Virus record (IMG/VR): IMGVR_UViG_3300038548_000322
Length of the DNA: 20,000 nt
Direction: 5' to 3' (one strand)
Origin: an uncultured virus (IMG/VR IMGVR_UViG_3300038548_000322)
Taxonomy: Duplodnaviria; Heunggongvirae; Uroviricota; Caudoviricetes
In this document: positions 1 to 8,286 of the stretch, one piece after another
How the letters are laid out: every line of letters begins with the position of its first letter
Numbering within the stretch: the first letter of the stretch is position 1
Position numbers and translations under genes: made by a program
Notes under the pieces: generated by a model
Told to the model about the DNA's origin: nothing
Databases searched by the model: none
The model's input: only the letters and a program-made list of their open reading frames with translations

Positions 1-258
1 CGGCTCGTAGCCCAGCCGAATGCGCGCATGAATCGGGTCGCGTGGATTTTCCGTGGTCAGCCAACAAACGTGGTAACCATTAATCTTCGGAATATCTGGC
101 AATGCAGATTGGAAATACTGCTGGCGAAACTCTTCCACCCGTTCATCGTCTGATAGCGTGCGGTCTTGCGTCACATTACGATCTTGCATGTGACGATCTG
201 CGCGTACTCCCGATTGATCGGAATTCAGTCTCGTGTCACTTCTTCTTTTCGCTGCCAT
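1..258 (-). CDS. Conserved phage head-module hypothetical protein (runs off left edge)
   Basis: Translated by hand: ATG at 258, MAAKRRSDTRLNSDQSGVRADRHMQDRNVTQDRTLSDDERVEEFRQQYFQSALPDIPKINGYHVCWLTTENPRDPIHARIRLGYEP. Starts 2 nt after the scaffold stop, with GGGAG upstream. The LPDIP..GYHVCWL...R..LGYEP pattern is one I recognise from genes between scaffold and capsid in GroES-encoding phages. Confidence 0.8.
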   Translation of the reverse strand, partial: MAAKRRSDTRLNSDQSGVRADRHMQDRNVTQDRTLSDDERVEEFRQQYFQSALPDIPKINGYHVCWLTTENPRDPIHARIRLGYEP

Positions 259-260
259 GA

Positions 261-1265
261 TTATGCTCCCTCCGCCGCAGCCTGTTTATCGTAATCGGAA
301 TACGACTTCAGGTACTTGTTGCGGAGCACTGGATCGTCCCACACACCAGCCTCTTCCATCGCAGCACGACGGTCAGGACTGATATAAACCTCGTTCTTCC
401 TCAATGGACGTTCCCGTCCACCAGTTCGGAACTGCGGCCCGCGATTGCGAGGTTTCCCTTGTCCATTGGACTGGTCACCTGCGCCTTCGTCACCTTGGTC
501 ACCGGTTCGCGAATCGTACCGGTTGGGTAATGCTTCTGCGGAACGAGAACGTAGCTCGTCCCAATATTGTTTGGTCGTGGGATCGAATCCCTCTTGAACC
601 AGTGATCGGTCAATCTGCAACACTTTCGCAGAGTCCTGATCACGTCCAGCTGGATCCCACCAGTCGTTATCGACCATAAACTGCTGTGCGTGCGCGACAT
701 GACGCGGATCCAAATCTCTTGGCTCGACCTGTGGACGTCGCTGCGGCTGTGACAGGTAATTTTTCGCCTGTTCGAGGTCACGCATGTTGTCGCGAATAGT
801 GTCGCGGTGGTCAAGTGCCTCAGCGAGGTTCTTACCGTCGTTTGCAGCAACTGCTTGTTCAATGACTTGATTGGCAAGAGCTAAGTCGCCTCTCGCCTTG
901 GTGATACCCTGATCGATGCTGTGAATTTCACTGCCAGCGATGCGGGCGTCAGTTTCCTGCTCAAACTTACTGAAGCGTTGCTCCAGATCTGCGTTTCGAG
1001 TGCGAAGGAAGTTGAGTTCGCGATCACTGCGGTCGCGTGCTTCCTTCTGACGTTGACGACGCGTTTTGTTTTCAGAGCGACGTCGAGTCGCCTTGTCTTC
1101 GGGGTCCTCTTGGTCGCCAGCTAGACGTTCGTCTTGCGGTTCACCACCGTCGTCATCATCCTCATGCTCGCCGTCATCGACTTGACCTTCCGGTATTTCG
1201 ACGGCAACAAATTCTTCTTCGTGCTCATCGTCTTCGATTTCGACTTTTTCGTTTTCAGGGGACAT
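261..1265 (-). CDS. Putative capsid scaffolding protein
   Basis: 334 aa with a very acidic N-terminus, a central coiled coil, a Gly/Arg-rich linker and a short helical C-terminus (ISPDRRAAMEEAGVWDDP..YLKSY). AGGAGG SD. Position after portal and GroES. Confidence 0.7.
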   Translation of the reverse strand: MSPENEKVEIEDDEHEEEFVAVEIPEGQVDDGEHEDDDDGGEPQDERLAGDQEDPEDKATRRRSENKTRRQRQKEARDRSDRELNFLRTRNADLEQRFSKFEQETDARIAGSEIHSIDQGITKARGDLALANQVIEQAVAANDGKNLAEALDHRDTIRDNMRDLEQAKNYLSQPQRRPQVEPRDLDPRHVAHAQQFMVDNDWWDPAGRDQDSAKVLQIDRSLVQEGFDPTTKQYWDELRSRSAEALPNRYDSRTGDQGDEGAGDQSNGQGKPRNRGPQFRTGGRERPLRKNEVYISPDRRAAMEEAGVWDDPVLRNKYLKSYSDYDKQAAAEGA

Positions 1266-1275
1266 GCTTTACCTC

Positions 1276-1725
1276 CTACAGATAAGCGATGACGTCCATG
1301 GGATTACAGGTGATCTGACCAATGAGATCGAGATCGTTGTACAAAACAAAACAGGCCTGCTCGGCACCCGTGCGTTGACGCACTTCGTTGGAGAGATCAA
1401 CCACCCATTTGTCGCCGCCATACTTCGGCACGCGTACAAATGCACCAACCTCACACCACTCGCCTTCCGGCCAAACTTCCAGAGAGTCGCGATTCTTAAA
1501 AGCGCCGGGTCCAAGCGCGATGACTTTAGCCACTTGAGTGTTCCAGAACTCAGTGTCTTGGGTTTCATCTAGAACAATGATCCCACCTTTCGTGACCTTG
1601 CGCGGTGAACGTTTCTGAATCAAAACTCTTGAGCCAAACGGTACCAGACCGGGATCGGCCTCCGGAAATGCTTGGTCGATTGAATCGTAATCCAAAGTTA
1701 TTCGTGCGCTTGCTAACATTGTCAC
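1276..1725 (-). CDS. groES: GroES/Cpn10-like co-chaperonin
   Basis: Cpn10 motifs PFGSRVLI, mobile loop KVTKGGIIV, KVIALGPG, VGAFVRVPKYGG, NDLDLIG. Start is GTG 1725 or ATG 1719. Confidence 0.88.
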   Translation of the reverse strand: MTMLASARITLDYDSIDQAFPEADPGLVPFGSRVLIQKRSPRKVTKGGIIVLDETQDTEFWNTQVAKVIALGPGAFKNRDSLEVWPEGEWCEVGAFVRVPKYGGDKWVVDLSNEVRQRTGAEQACFVLYNDLDLIGQITCNPMDVIAYL

Positions 1726-1923
1726 TCAGTTCCTGTCTTCGTCTTCCCCAACAACTTCCTCGAACAGCTGCTCGGCGCGACACAGGCCTTGGTAAATGCC
1801 ACTTGCTTCACCGTATCCGAAGGCTGATTTATCCTTCGGTGTCGCGAGCAATGCGATGCATCCGGCCTGATCCTCTTTCAGCCTCTGCAGAAACTTCTGC
1901 AGAATTACGTTCTCGGCGGACAT
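1726..1923 (-). CDS. Small helical hypothetical protein (head module)
   Basis: 65 aa, abuts groES. The YGEASGIYQGL..AE pattern resembles small genes found upstream of phage groES. Confidence 0.75.
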   Translation of the reverse strand: MSAENVILQKFLQRLKEDQAGCIALLATPKDKSAFGYGEASGIYQGLCRAEQLFEEVVGEDEDRN

Positions 1924-1947
1924 AGTAGCTCTAACCTTATGTAAAGT

Positions 1948-2154
1948 CTAAGCTGGCGTCATGCGGGATGCCGGAACTTTGCCCCCTCGGGGACCTCCAG
2001 TGTCACCACTAGACGAGATTGTCCCGCCTTTACCCATGCCGCCTTTCAGGTTCACGTCGCCACCTTTGTTAGCCGTATTGGCTTTGCGCAAGGGTTTCCC
2101 AGTAGCCAGCAACTTGTGCTGGTTCATTGGTCCTGCTGGATATTTGTTTTTCAT
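1948..2154 (-). CDS. Small Gly/Lys-rich hypothetical protein
   Basis: 68 aa, strong SD (AGGAGAGGAG), basic low-complexity sequence, directly after the portal. Confidence 0.7.
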   Translation of the reverse strand: MKNKYPAGPMNQHKLLATGKPLRKANTANKGGDVNLKGGMGKGGTISSSGDTGGPRGGKVPASRMTPA

Positions 2155-2232
2155 CGTCTCCTCTCCTGTTGAATTATGGAGTCCTTACGGAACAGTTCTG
2201 CCGGTCAAACATCTGCTTCTCGGATCAACTCG

Positions 2233-4866
2233 TCAAGTATCCGTGCGTGGTCGAGGGTTCGTAGAACCTCTTCCCGACGTGATCTTCGACCGATCAGTTA
2301 CTGCCTTGACGCCTGCGATTTTAAGTGCCGTGGCATTATCCTCGGCATTGATAACCTCGCTGGAAGTGATTTTCATTTCCGTCCGCTCGTCTTCTGCACG
2401 CTCGCGCTCCACAAGCTCCTCAAGTCGAGCAGCGTACTCTTGAGCTTTCTGGGCATCGTCTTGTGCAGCTTCTAGAGCCTTCGTTCGCTCCTCGGCATCA
2501 AGCTCCATAAACGTCTTCTGCTTGTCGTGTTCACGCTGTTCGCGCTTGTCCACGAGAGTCAGTTGCGTGCGTTCGGTCTCTCTTTCGTGTCGTGCCTGAT
2601 CGGCTTCGCGTTCTTGCTCGATAGCAGCCATTGCGTTCGGATCGACCGGCGGCTGTGGCTCTTCCGGCTGGAGTTCCTGCATGGTTTGCTGCAGTTGCTC
2701 AATGACAGGTTGGATTCCAGCCAAAACTTGGTCTATCGCAGGAACCACGTCTGCAGATTGGAACGCAAGAGTTTTATCCATCTCTTTGCGCACGTCTGGA
2801 TCGCGGAGTTTCATCATCTGCGAGAACTCATCATCGTTCATTCCGCTAGCTGCTTTCAGCAGGTCAACATTGTAAGAGACGTAATAAAGCGCCACGTGTT
2901 CAATGATGTGCCCCATGAGCATGGGAATAAACCGAGGCGCAATTAACGGGTTCATTCCGAGTGCTGGTGACATCGAGTAATCGAGATGCACCTGCAAGTG
3001 GGCTAAGTGATCTTGTGATGGGAACGCAGCCACAGGTCTACCCATGGTCATCGCTGCGTTTTCGTTGACTGCGTTCTGTTCCTCAGGCGTGTCATCCGGT
3101 AAGAGCAGCTCATCAGGGTTTGGTATCTTGGTTCGTTCGAGAATGCGTTTCTCGACCGCTTTTACATTGTAAATCTCTGGCATCTGCGCAGCGCGGTCGG
3201 CAACGATCTGTAGCTGAGCCATGCGTTGAACATCGGAGAAGATCTCCGGATCTGCGACCGGCAGGACGTCATAAGGTGGATCGAAATCTTTTCGGTATGC
3301 GAGTAGCTCTCCGTACTCGTCTTTCAGCTCTTCCTCGTCGAGGTACATCCGGTTGATGCGGCATAAAATTTCGAGAACCTTGTCCATCGCTTGGAACATG
3401 CGCAGATGAATTGCGCTGAAGACAGTCATGCCCTCTTCGATCAGTGCGAGTGTCGTACCAACAGGCATGTTCGTATTTTGCTCGCCCAGCTTTTCAAAGG
3501 ATGTTTGAACAACCCCACGTCCGAGACCATCACAAATACCCAGTAGCTCAACGAGTACGTTCGACGGTGGGTTGAACGGCACCGGCATGATCAGTTTGCG
3601 GATGTCGTCGCCTGCTACACCACCTTCGATCTCGGTGATGGCGGCAACACGCAGCTCCTTGCTCTGTCCACTGAAATTAGCCCCTTTTAGTCGAATGAGT
3701 GTGGGCAGGTTATTCATATGAGCAGAGTCAAGGAGAGCGCGAAGTGCGCCAGTGGCTGCTCCAGACAGGGAACCGATCATCTGGCCGAGGCCAACTGATC
3801 CGGCACCACGCCACGGAATGAACGGGAACTCTACAGCCCAGTCCAGTTTCAGCTTGTGCTTGTTGTCCTCTTCCCAGTTGCGGTTGATTGCGCAGATCTT
3901 TTGGGAGGGACCATGAATAGTAATGCGATAAGGCGCGTAACCGAATTCGTCTTTCTTGCCTTCTGCGTTTTCAAACTCGTCGCAGTAGCAGAGGATTTCG
4001 AAGACGTTGTGCAATCCGTCCTCGTTGTACGCTTGCAGGTTTTCTTTACCCTCTACAGCGTCGGTAGCTTTTTGCGGACGGGATTCTTCTTCTACAATCC
4101 CGGCTTTGATCATTTCGGGGCCGAGGTCGGAGTACATGCCTCCTGCCACACGCTGTTTGTATTCAAACTCGGTGATGTGTTCGACGAAAGTGACGCGGTC
4201 TGATGTGTAAAAGTTCGAGGCCGCGTAGGGGATGTAAACGTCGTCAGAAGGCCAGAATTGTGGCACCGGACGTTTCTTTTGGTCATCCCAGACGAGTCGC
4301 ATATATTGCGAGCCACCCAGCGGCGTTTGTGACAAGAGCTGTTCCAGCTCCGTTCTGAAATCTGGCATCTGCTTCAAGAACTGCCAGTTCATGTAATTCT
4401 TGACGCGCTCAGCTTTCCTAAATCGATCTACCTCGGGATTGTCACCGGGGACGTACATTTTCACGGGACCGTTAGGTGGCATCAGCTCCTTGATCGCGCG
4501 TGATTGGAAATCCACCACCGCTTCAGTAAGCATGGGATGTACTGCTTTGGATGCACCTTCGAAATCGGCTCCACCGGGCGTCTCTTTGCCCAGCCCTGTA
4601 CGCTTGATCGCTTCTTCGTAATCCTTCTCCCGTTTCTCACGCGCTTTTTTATCGCGCTCGATGTCTTCCATCAGTCGGGTTGCGATTTTAGTTTTTACGC
4701 CTTCTTCGAAGTCATCCGCGATGTTGTCGAACCACTCACGGTTGGGACCTTTACCGTCGTCCTCTCCAACTGTGACGATGGCTCCTCCGTCATCGGTATC
4801 GACTACTGTGTCAGGAACCTCTGTGAATTCTTGTACGGAACCAACTTGGTCTTCGCGTGTTGCCAT
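2233..4866 (-). CDS. Portal protein (large type with C-terminal coiled-coil extension)
   Basis: 877 aa downstream of TerL. Motifs FEGASKAVHPMLTEAVVDFQSRAIKEL.P..GPVK, ALRALLDSAH..N, NMPVGTTLALIE, AFPSQDHLAHLQVH. Gln/Glu-rich helical C-terminus. TGATG coupling to the upstream gene. Confidence 0.88.
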   Translation of the reverse strand: MATREDQVGSVQEFTEVPDTVVDTDDGGAIVTVGEDDGKGPNREWFDNIADDFEEGVKTKIATRLMEDIERDKKAREKREKDYEEAIKRTGLGKETPGGADFEGASKAVHPMLTEAVVDFQSRAIKELMPPNGPVKMYVPGDNPEVDRFRKAERVKNYMNWQFLKQMPDFRTELEQLLSQTPLGGSQYMRLVWDDQKKRPVPQFWPSDDVYIPYAASNFYTSDRVTFVEHITEFEYKQRVAGGMYSDLGPEMIKAGIVEEESRPQKATDAVEGKENLQAYNEDGLHNVFEILCYCDEFENAEGKKDEFGYAPYRITIHGPSQKICAINRNWEEDNKHKLKLDWAVEFPFIPWRGAGSVGLGQMIGSLSGAATGALRALLDSAHMNNLPTLIRLKGANFSGQSKELRVAAITEIEGGVAGDDIRKLIMPVPFNPPSNVLVELLGICDGLGRGVVQTSFEKLGEQNTNMPVGTTLALIEEGMTVFSAIHLRMFQAMDKVLEILCRINRMYLDEEELKDEYGELLAYRKDFDPPYDVLPVADPEIFSDVQRMAQLQIVADRAAQMPEIYNVKAVEKRILERTKIPNPDELLLPDDTPEEQNAVNENAAMTMGRPVAAFPSQDHLAHLQVHLDYSMSPALGMNPLIAPRFIPMLMGHIIEHVALYYVSYNVDLLKAASGMNDDEFSQMMKLRDPDVRKEMDKTLAFQSADVVPAIDQVLAGIQPVIEQLQQTMQELQPEEPQPPVDPNAMAAIEQEREADQARHERETERTQLTLVDKREQREHDKQKTFMELDAEERTKALEAAQDDAQKAQEYAARLEELVERERAEDERTEMKITSSEVINAEDNATALKIAGVKAVTDRSKITSGRGSTNPRPRTDT

Positions 4867-5222
4867 CAGTTGACGCTCCCGTATTTCCCATGCATGAGAT
4901 CAGCAGCGTGCTGAACAATGTTGGCGAACGCACATACGGGGCACCCGGCGTTCTCTTCTACTACTCGGTCAGGACCGAAGATCTCCAGCGCACCCATGTT
5001 GAGCATGTTGCACGCCTCCCAGCAGGGATCTAGCTCCCCAGAGGCAAACTTGGCGTTGAGTTCATCGGATGTTGCGGCAATTTGGTCGTCGAGGCCGCGA
5101 TCTTTCAGGGCGAACATCAGCTCTGCCCAATGTCCCTCGCACCATTTGATCTGCTTCAGATCACTCGCCTCAGGGAGGGTCATGGTGGGAACGTCGAGCA
5201 AAAGAGTTTGCTTGCTACCCAT
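4866..5222 (-). CDS. Hypothetical Cys/His-containing protein between TerL and portal
   Basis: 118 aa overlapping the TerL stop and portal start. Contains WCEGHW, DPCWEAC and GCPVC. Confidence 0.75.
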   Translation of the reverse strand: MGSKQTLLLDVPTMTLPEASDLKQIKWCEGHWAELMFALKDRGLDDQIAATSDELNAKFASGELDPCWEACNMLNMGALEIFGPDRVVEENAGCPVCAFANIVQHAADLMHGKYGSVN

Positions 5223-6810
5223 AGGGATTCTCTTTCTTCTTCAACCGTCGCTCCGCAATCTCTTTCGCACGTGCACGCTCCTTGGATTCGACGGAGTCTA
5301 CCACGGTAAACGGACCAAAGAATTTATCCATGAGCAAGCGTAGACCTTGAGTAGCTGTGTCAAGCAGGTCGTCGCGCTCCGTGGAACCGGGACCGACATA
5401 CGAACAGACCTGAGAGATCAGTGGATCCGCCCAAGTCTTAAACTGTCCCGGATTTATTTCTGACTCAACTGCCCATACCCTGCCTGCCGCGAACATTGGT
5501 GAAACGTAATGAAGCCTCGTTAGTTTGTCTTCATTACCCGGATTGTAGCCGTGAGTCAAGATGTTCTCTTCCGCGAGCTGCTGACGGATGGAGATTCCGG
5601 ACGCTTTCTCTTCGATCAGAATGATGTCGGCCAGACGTCCCTGATGCTTTGCGCGCATTGCTTTCGACTTGATCAGCGGCTTAATCAGTGGCTCATCCAT
5701 GTCACCATAGGTGTACGACATCTCTTTCTTGATGCGACGCACGAGATTCGGGAAGCCCAACCAGTCCTCCCATGCGTCGAGCAGGATCACCTGCGGCAAC
5801 GGTGGCTTACCCTGTCGCGGCTGCTGGAATATTCCCCAGACACTGCACGCTGTCGGGTCACTCTCCATTTTCTTCTTGTCGTAATTGCGTTCCTTGAATG
5901 CCGGATCAATGGACATGACGATGAAGCTGAACTTCGGCAGAGGCTTGTCCTTCGGCCAAACGCGCCACTGGCTGCGCTTAACGAATCCTTCCTCTTCCGG
6001 ATCCAACACCTCACCGTGAATTTCTTGGCGACCGACACGCGTACCTTCGTATTTAGAGATGGACTCGAAGAAGTACGATGTCAGGTTGTCGCGGTTCTCG
6101 TACGTCGAACCCACCACGTCCACGGTGCGCTTATCCTTCTGCAGTCTGCGCACGAACGGTGTCGGCTTCGGCGTACCCGTTACGCACATGCGTGGGTTGT
6201 CACCAAGACGCAGCCCGAACATCATGTTGTCCCACGCTTCCTGTGGGTACTTCCACGACGCTATCTCGTCCGACCAGATAGCTGCATGCTGTGGTCCACG
6301 CAATCGCTCAGGGGTATCCCCCGCAAACCCACGAATGATCGACCCGTTCTTCAGGGTGATAGAAGGCAGGGCTTGGTTACGATCATGAATGAGCTGCGGG
6401 GGAATGACTGACATGAGCCCGGTCGGACCTTCGAAGCAGGTGTAGCGAACGTCGTCGTGCGTCGGTGAGACCACTGCGTAGAAGCTGGGGAACATCCACG
6501 CCTGTTCACCGATCCAGTTCGCACCGGTAAGCGTCTTACCAAAACCACGTCCAGATCTGATCAGCCAGATCGGCTTCTGCATGCTGAGGAATTCTTCGGG
6601 CGGGAGCTGCTTGGCTCGTGCCATCGCTTGCCAGCAGATGCGCCAGCGCAGGTAATGCAGGTCCTCCTCGGAGAACATCTGCAGGATCTCTGCAGTGTTC
6701 TCGGGGAGTTGTTCCTTTACGTCGTCGGGGAGATCATCGAAGTCGAAGTCGTAATCGAATTCGGGGGGCTGATGGACGAGCCCAAAATTTAATGCGATAA
6801 CCTGACCCAA
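5215..6810 (-). CDS. terL: Terminase large subunit
   Basis: Walker A GRGFGKT, PERLRGPQ, Walker B AIWSDE, coupling motif VTGTP, RQEIHGE, nuclease acidic residues in SIDPA, IEEKASG and DDLLD. Start uncertain (TTG 6810 with AGGAAG upstream). Confidence 0.95.
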   Translation of the reverse strand: MGQVIALNFGLVHQPPEFDYDFDFDDLPDDVKEQLPENTAEILQMFSEEDLHYLRWRICWQAMARAKQLPPEEFLSMQKPIWLIRSGRGFGKTLTGANWIGEQAWMFPSFYAVVSPTHDDVRYTCFEGPTGLMSVIPPQLIHDRNQALPSITLKNGSIIRGFAGDTPERLRGPQHAAIWSDEIASWKYPQEAWDNMMFGLRLGDNPRMCVTGTPKPTPFVRRLQKDKRTVDVVGSTYENRDNLTSYFFESISKYEGTRVGRQEIHGEVLDPEEEGFVKRSQWRVWPKDKPLPKFSFIVMSIDPAFKERNYDKKKMESDPTACSVWGIFQQPRQGKPPLPQVILLDAWEDWLGFPNLVRRIKKEMSYTYGDMDEPLIKPLIKSKAMRAKHQGRLADIILIEEKASGISIRQQLAEENILTHGYNPGNEDKLTRLHYVSPMFAAGRVWAVESEINPGQFKTWADPLISQVCSYVGPGSTERDDLLDTATQGLRLLMDKFFGPFTVVDSVESKERARAKEIAERRLKKKENPYG

Positions 6811-6862
6811 GGGAGGTGCTTCCTATACGGTTGACCAAAGCTGACCTCACCGAGGGTATCGG

Positions 6863-6888
6863 AAAAAGAAAGGGGTCGCTAGGACCCC
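6863..6888 (-). terminator. Rho-independent terminator after the 170-aa gene
   Basis: Minus strand reads GGGGTC-CTAGC-GACCCC-TTTCTTTTT: a 6-bp stem with the gene's stop codon in the loop, then a U tract. Confidence 0.75.
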
Positions 6889-7391
6889 AGTGTCTTTTGG
6901 TAGTAGCGCTGCTGCTTCCTGAGTTTCTTCAGCGCGGTAGCCGCCCGTCTCAACTTCGCCTCCCATCGTTTGATACCCGCATCAACTCTGGATGCACGCA
7001 CCTCGATCATGTTGGACTTCTCTTTCTTCGGAGGAGGCTCCGTCTCTAGGAACCGACGCACGATGAGGTTAGCTCCGTTGCGTTCCATCCGCAGTTGCTT
7101 GTCCGTGTGCGCGCCACCTGAAGTGCGGCGTTCAATGAAGTGCCCCATGTCGTGGTTGATGTCGTGCCAGCCCTGTTCCGGGTTGACGGTGAACACACCA
7201 CTGGCGAGCCACGTGCGTCGGTTGCCGGTACCGATGCGAATCTTCCAAGGGAACTTGGTTCCCATCTCGGCTTTCCACATCGCGCGTATAAAACTGATCG
7301 CGTGAGTCGGCCAGACGTTTTGCATCTGCTCGAAGGGTACCGGTTTCCAAATCGCTTCAACGACCCGGTTGTAGTCTCTAGCTGTGGGCAT
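6879..7391 (-). CDS. Hypothetical protein with HDxxH...H putative metal site and basic coiled-coil C-terminus
   Basis: Likely start is ATG 7391 (MPTARDY, AAAGGAG SD), giving 170 aa. Motifs GNRRTW and VNPEQGWHDINHDMGH...GAH. The upstream start in the ORF track falls inside the promoter. Confidence 0.8.
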   Translation of the reverse strand: MPTARDYNRVVEAIWKPVPFEQMQNVWPTHAISFIRAMWKAEMGTKFPWKIRIGTGNRRTWLASGVFTVNPEQGWHDINHDMGHFIERRTSGGAHTDKQLRMERNGANLIVRRFLETEPPPKKEKSNMIEVRASRVDAGIKRWEAKLRRAATALKKLRKQQRYYQKTLGS

Positions 7392-7411
7392 AACGTTAAC
7401 TCCTTTGCCTG

Positions 7412-7463
7412 CCGTGGAATCCACGGTAACGCTATTATAGCACATCTAGAAAATTTTTGTTTA
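7412..7463 (-). promoter_or_regulatory. Sigma70-type promoter with extended -10 and downstream palindrome
   Basis: Minus strand TAAACA-N18-TATAAT with TG at the extended -10 position (TGcTATAAT, -10 at 7434-7439). Palindrome CCGTGG-N3-CCACGG at 7412-7426, at the expected transcript 5' end. Confidence 0.75.
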
Positions 7464-7504
7464 TCGGAAAATCGCGCACCCTCCCCTTTTACGCGGTGGA
7501 GGCC

Positions 7505-7882
7505 TTACTGGAGCACAAAAACGGGCGGCTTGGGGTTGGCGAGCGTCACAGTAAAAGGGACGGTGTTACTAGGATCCGATTCCCGACCTCCCGTGTCTAC
7601 GGTCGTCGCATGACAACTGTGCGAACCGAAAGCGAATGATCCCGCTGGTGCTTCCCATCGCTCATCAACGTTAGGCGCATTGGTATGCTGCCAAATCGGT
7701 GTGGAATTACCGTCGCAATAAATGTTGTAGCTTGCGATCTCATCGTTAGGTAGTGGCGCAGAGAAACCATTTTCATCGGGCTCTCTTTCCGTTGGTGCAA
7801 CCCAAGTAAAAGTTTTTTGCACAGAACCTTGTGCGAATACCAACGAAGAGAGAAGCAACAATGCGAGGATGCGAATAGTCAT
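7505..7882 (-). CDS. Secreted fibronectin type III-like domain protein
   Basis: Start ATG 7882 (TGATG overlap). Sec-type signal MTIRILALLLLSSLVFA|QG. Fn3-like pattern TFTWVAPT.R....EIASYNIY...TTVDTGGRESDPSN. Two Cys. Confidence 0.72.
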   Translation of the reverse strand: MTIRILALLLLSSLVFAQGSVQKTFTWVAPTEREPDENGFSAPLPNDEIASYNIYCDGNSTPIWQHTNAPNVDERWEAPAGSFAFGSHSCHATTVDTGGRESDPSNTVPFTVTLANPKPPVFVLQ

Positions 7883-8109
7883 CAGCAATAAGACTCGTCA
7901 CCCTCCGGAACTGAGCCCGAACTGATGTGTTTCGCAGGTGGGTCGGTCAGAGTCCCGGACGCGCAATAAATGTAACTGCCGTCCTCCATCTTGTAGATCT
8001 CGACGTCAACCATCGCTACCGGAGCGAGGAACACTCCGAACATTATCACCACCACGAGCGCTAATAATAAGAGCTTGCTTTGCAGGAACGCTATCAATTT
8101 ATCGATCAT
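7882..8109 (-). CDS. Small membrane-anchored protein
   Basis: Likely start ATG 8109 (GGAG SD; MIDKLIAF), 75 aa. One hydrophobic segment LLLLALVVVIMFGVFLAPVAMV, then a soluble tail with two Cys. Confidence 0.7.
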   Translation of the reverse strand: MIDKLIAFLQSKLLLLALVVVIMFGVFLAPVAMVDVEIYKMEDGSYIYCASGTLTDPPAKHISSGSVPEGDESYC

Positions 8110-8282
8110 AACTTTCTCCAGTCTGGTTTCTTGAAGTGGTCGAACTCGATGCCGACAGTGATCATGGTCAGCGCGAAGCAAGTCCACGGTCCTGTCTCGT
8201 TAAACACGAACAACCAGATGACGACCAGTTCGAGGAACCAGCGAATGATGTGGCCTGCCATTTTGTAAATGTCGTCGTTCAT
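8106..8282 (-). CDS. Small protein with two hydrophobic segments
   Basis: Not in the ORF track (58 aa): MNDDIYKMAGHIIRWFLELVVIWLFVFNETGPWTCFALTMITVGIEFDHFKKPDWRKL. Fills the gap exactly, with an ATGA overlap into the next gene. Confidence 0.7.
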   Translation of the reverse strand: MNDDIYKMAGHIIRWFLELVVIWLFVFNETGPWTCFALTMITVGIEFDHFKKPDWRKL

Positions 8283-8286
8283 AAAA

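Noticed and set aside
2155..2235. Stop read-through or frameshift extension of the portal
   Set aside because: The portal ends in a plausible terminus, the downstream frames close within about 15 codons, and no slippery site is evident.
7882..8282. Canonical holin/spanin lysis cassette
   Set aside because: No endolysin, no lipoprotein lipobox and no coiled-coil i-spanin domain; kept only as an unexplained envelope module.
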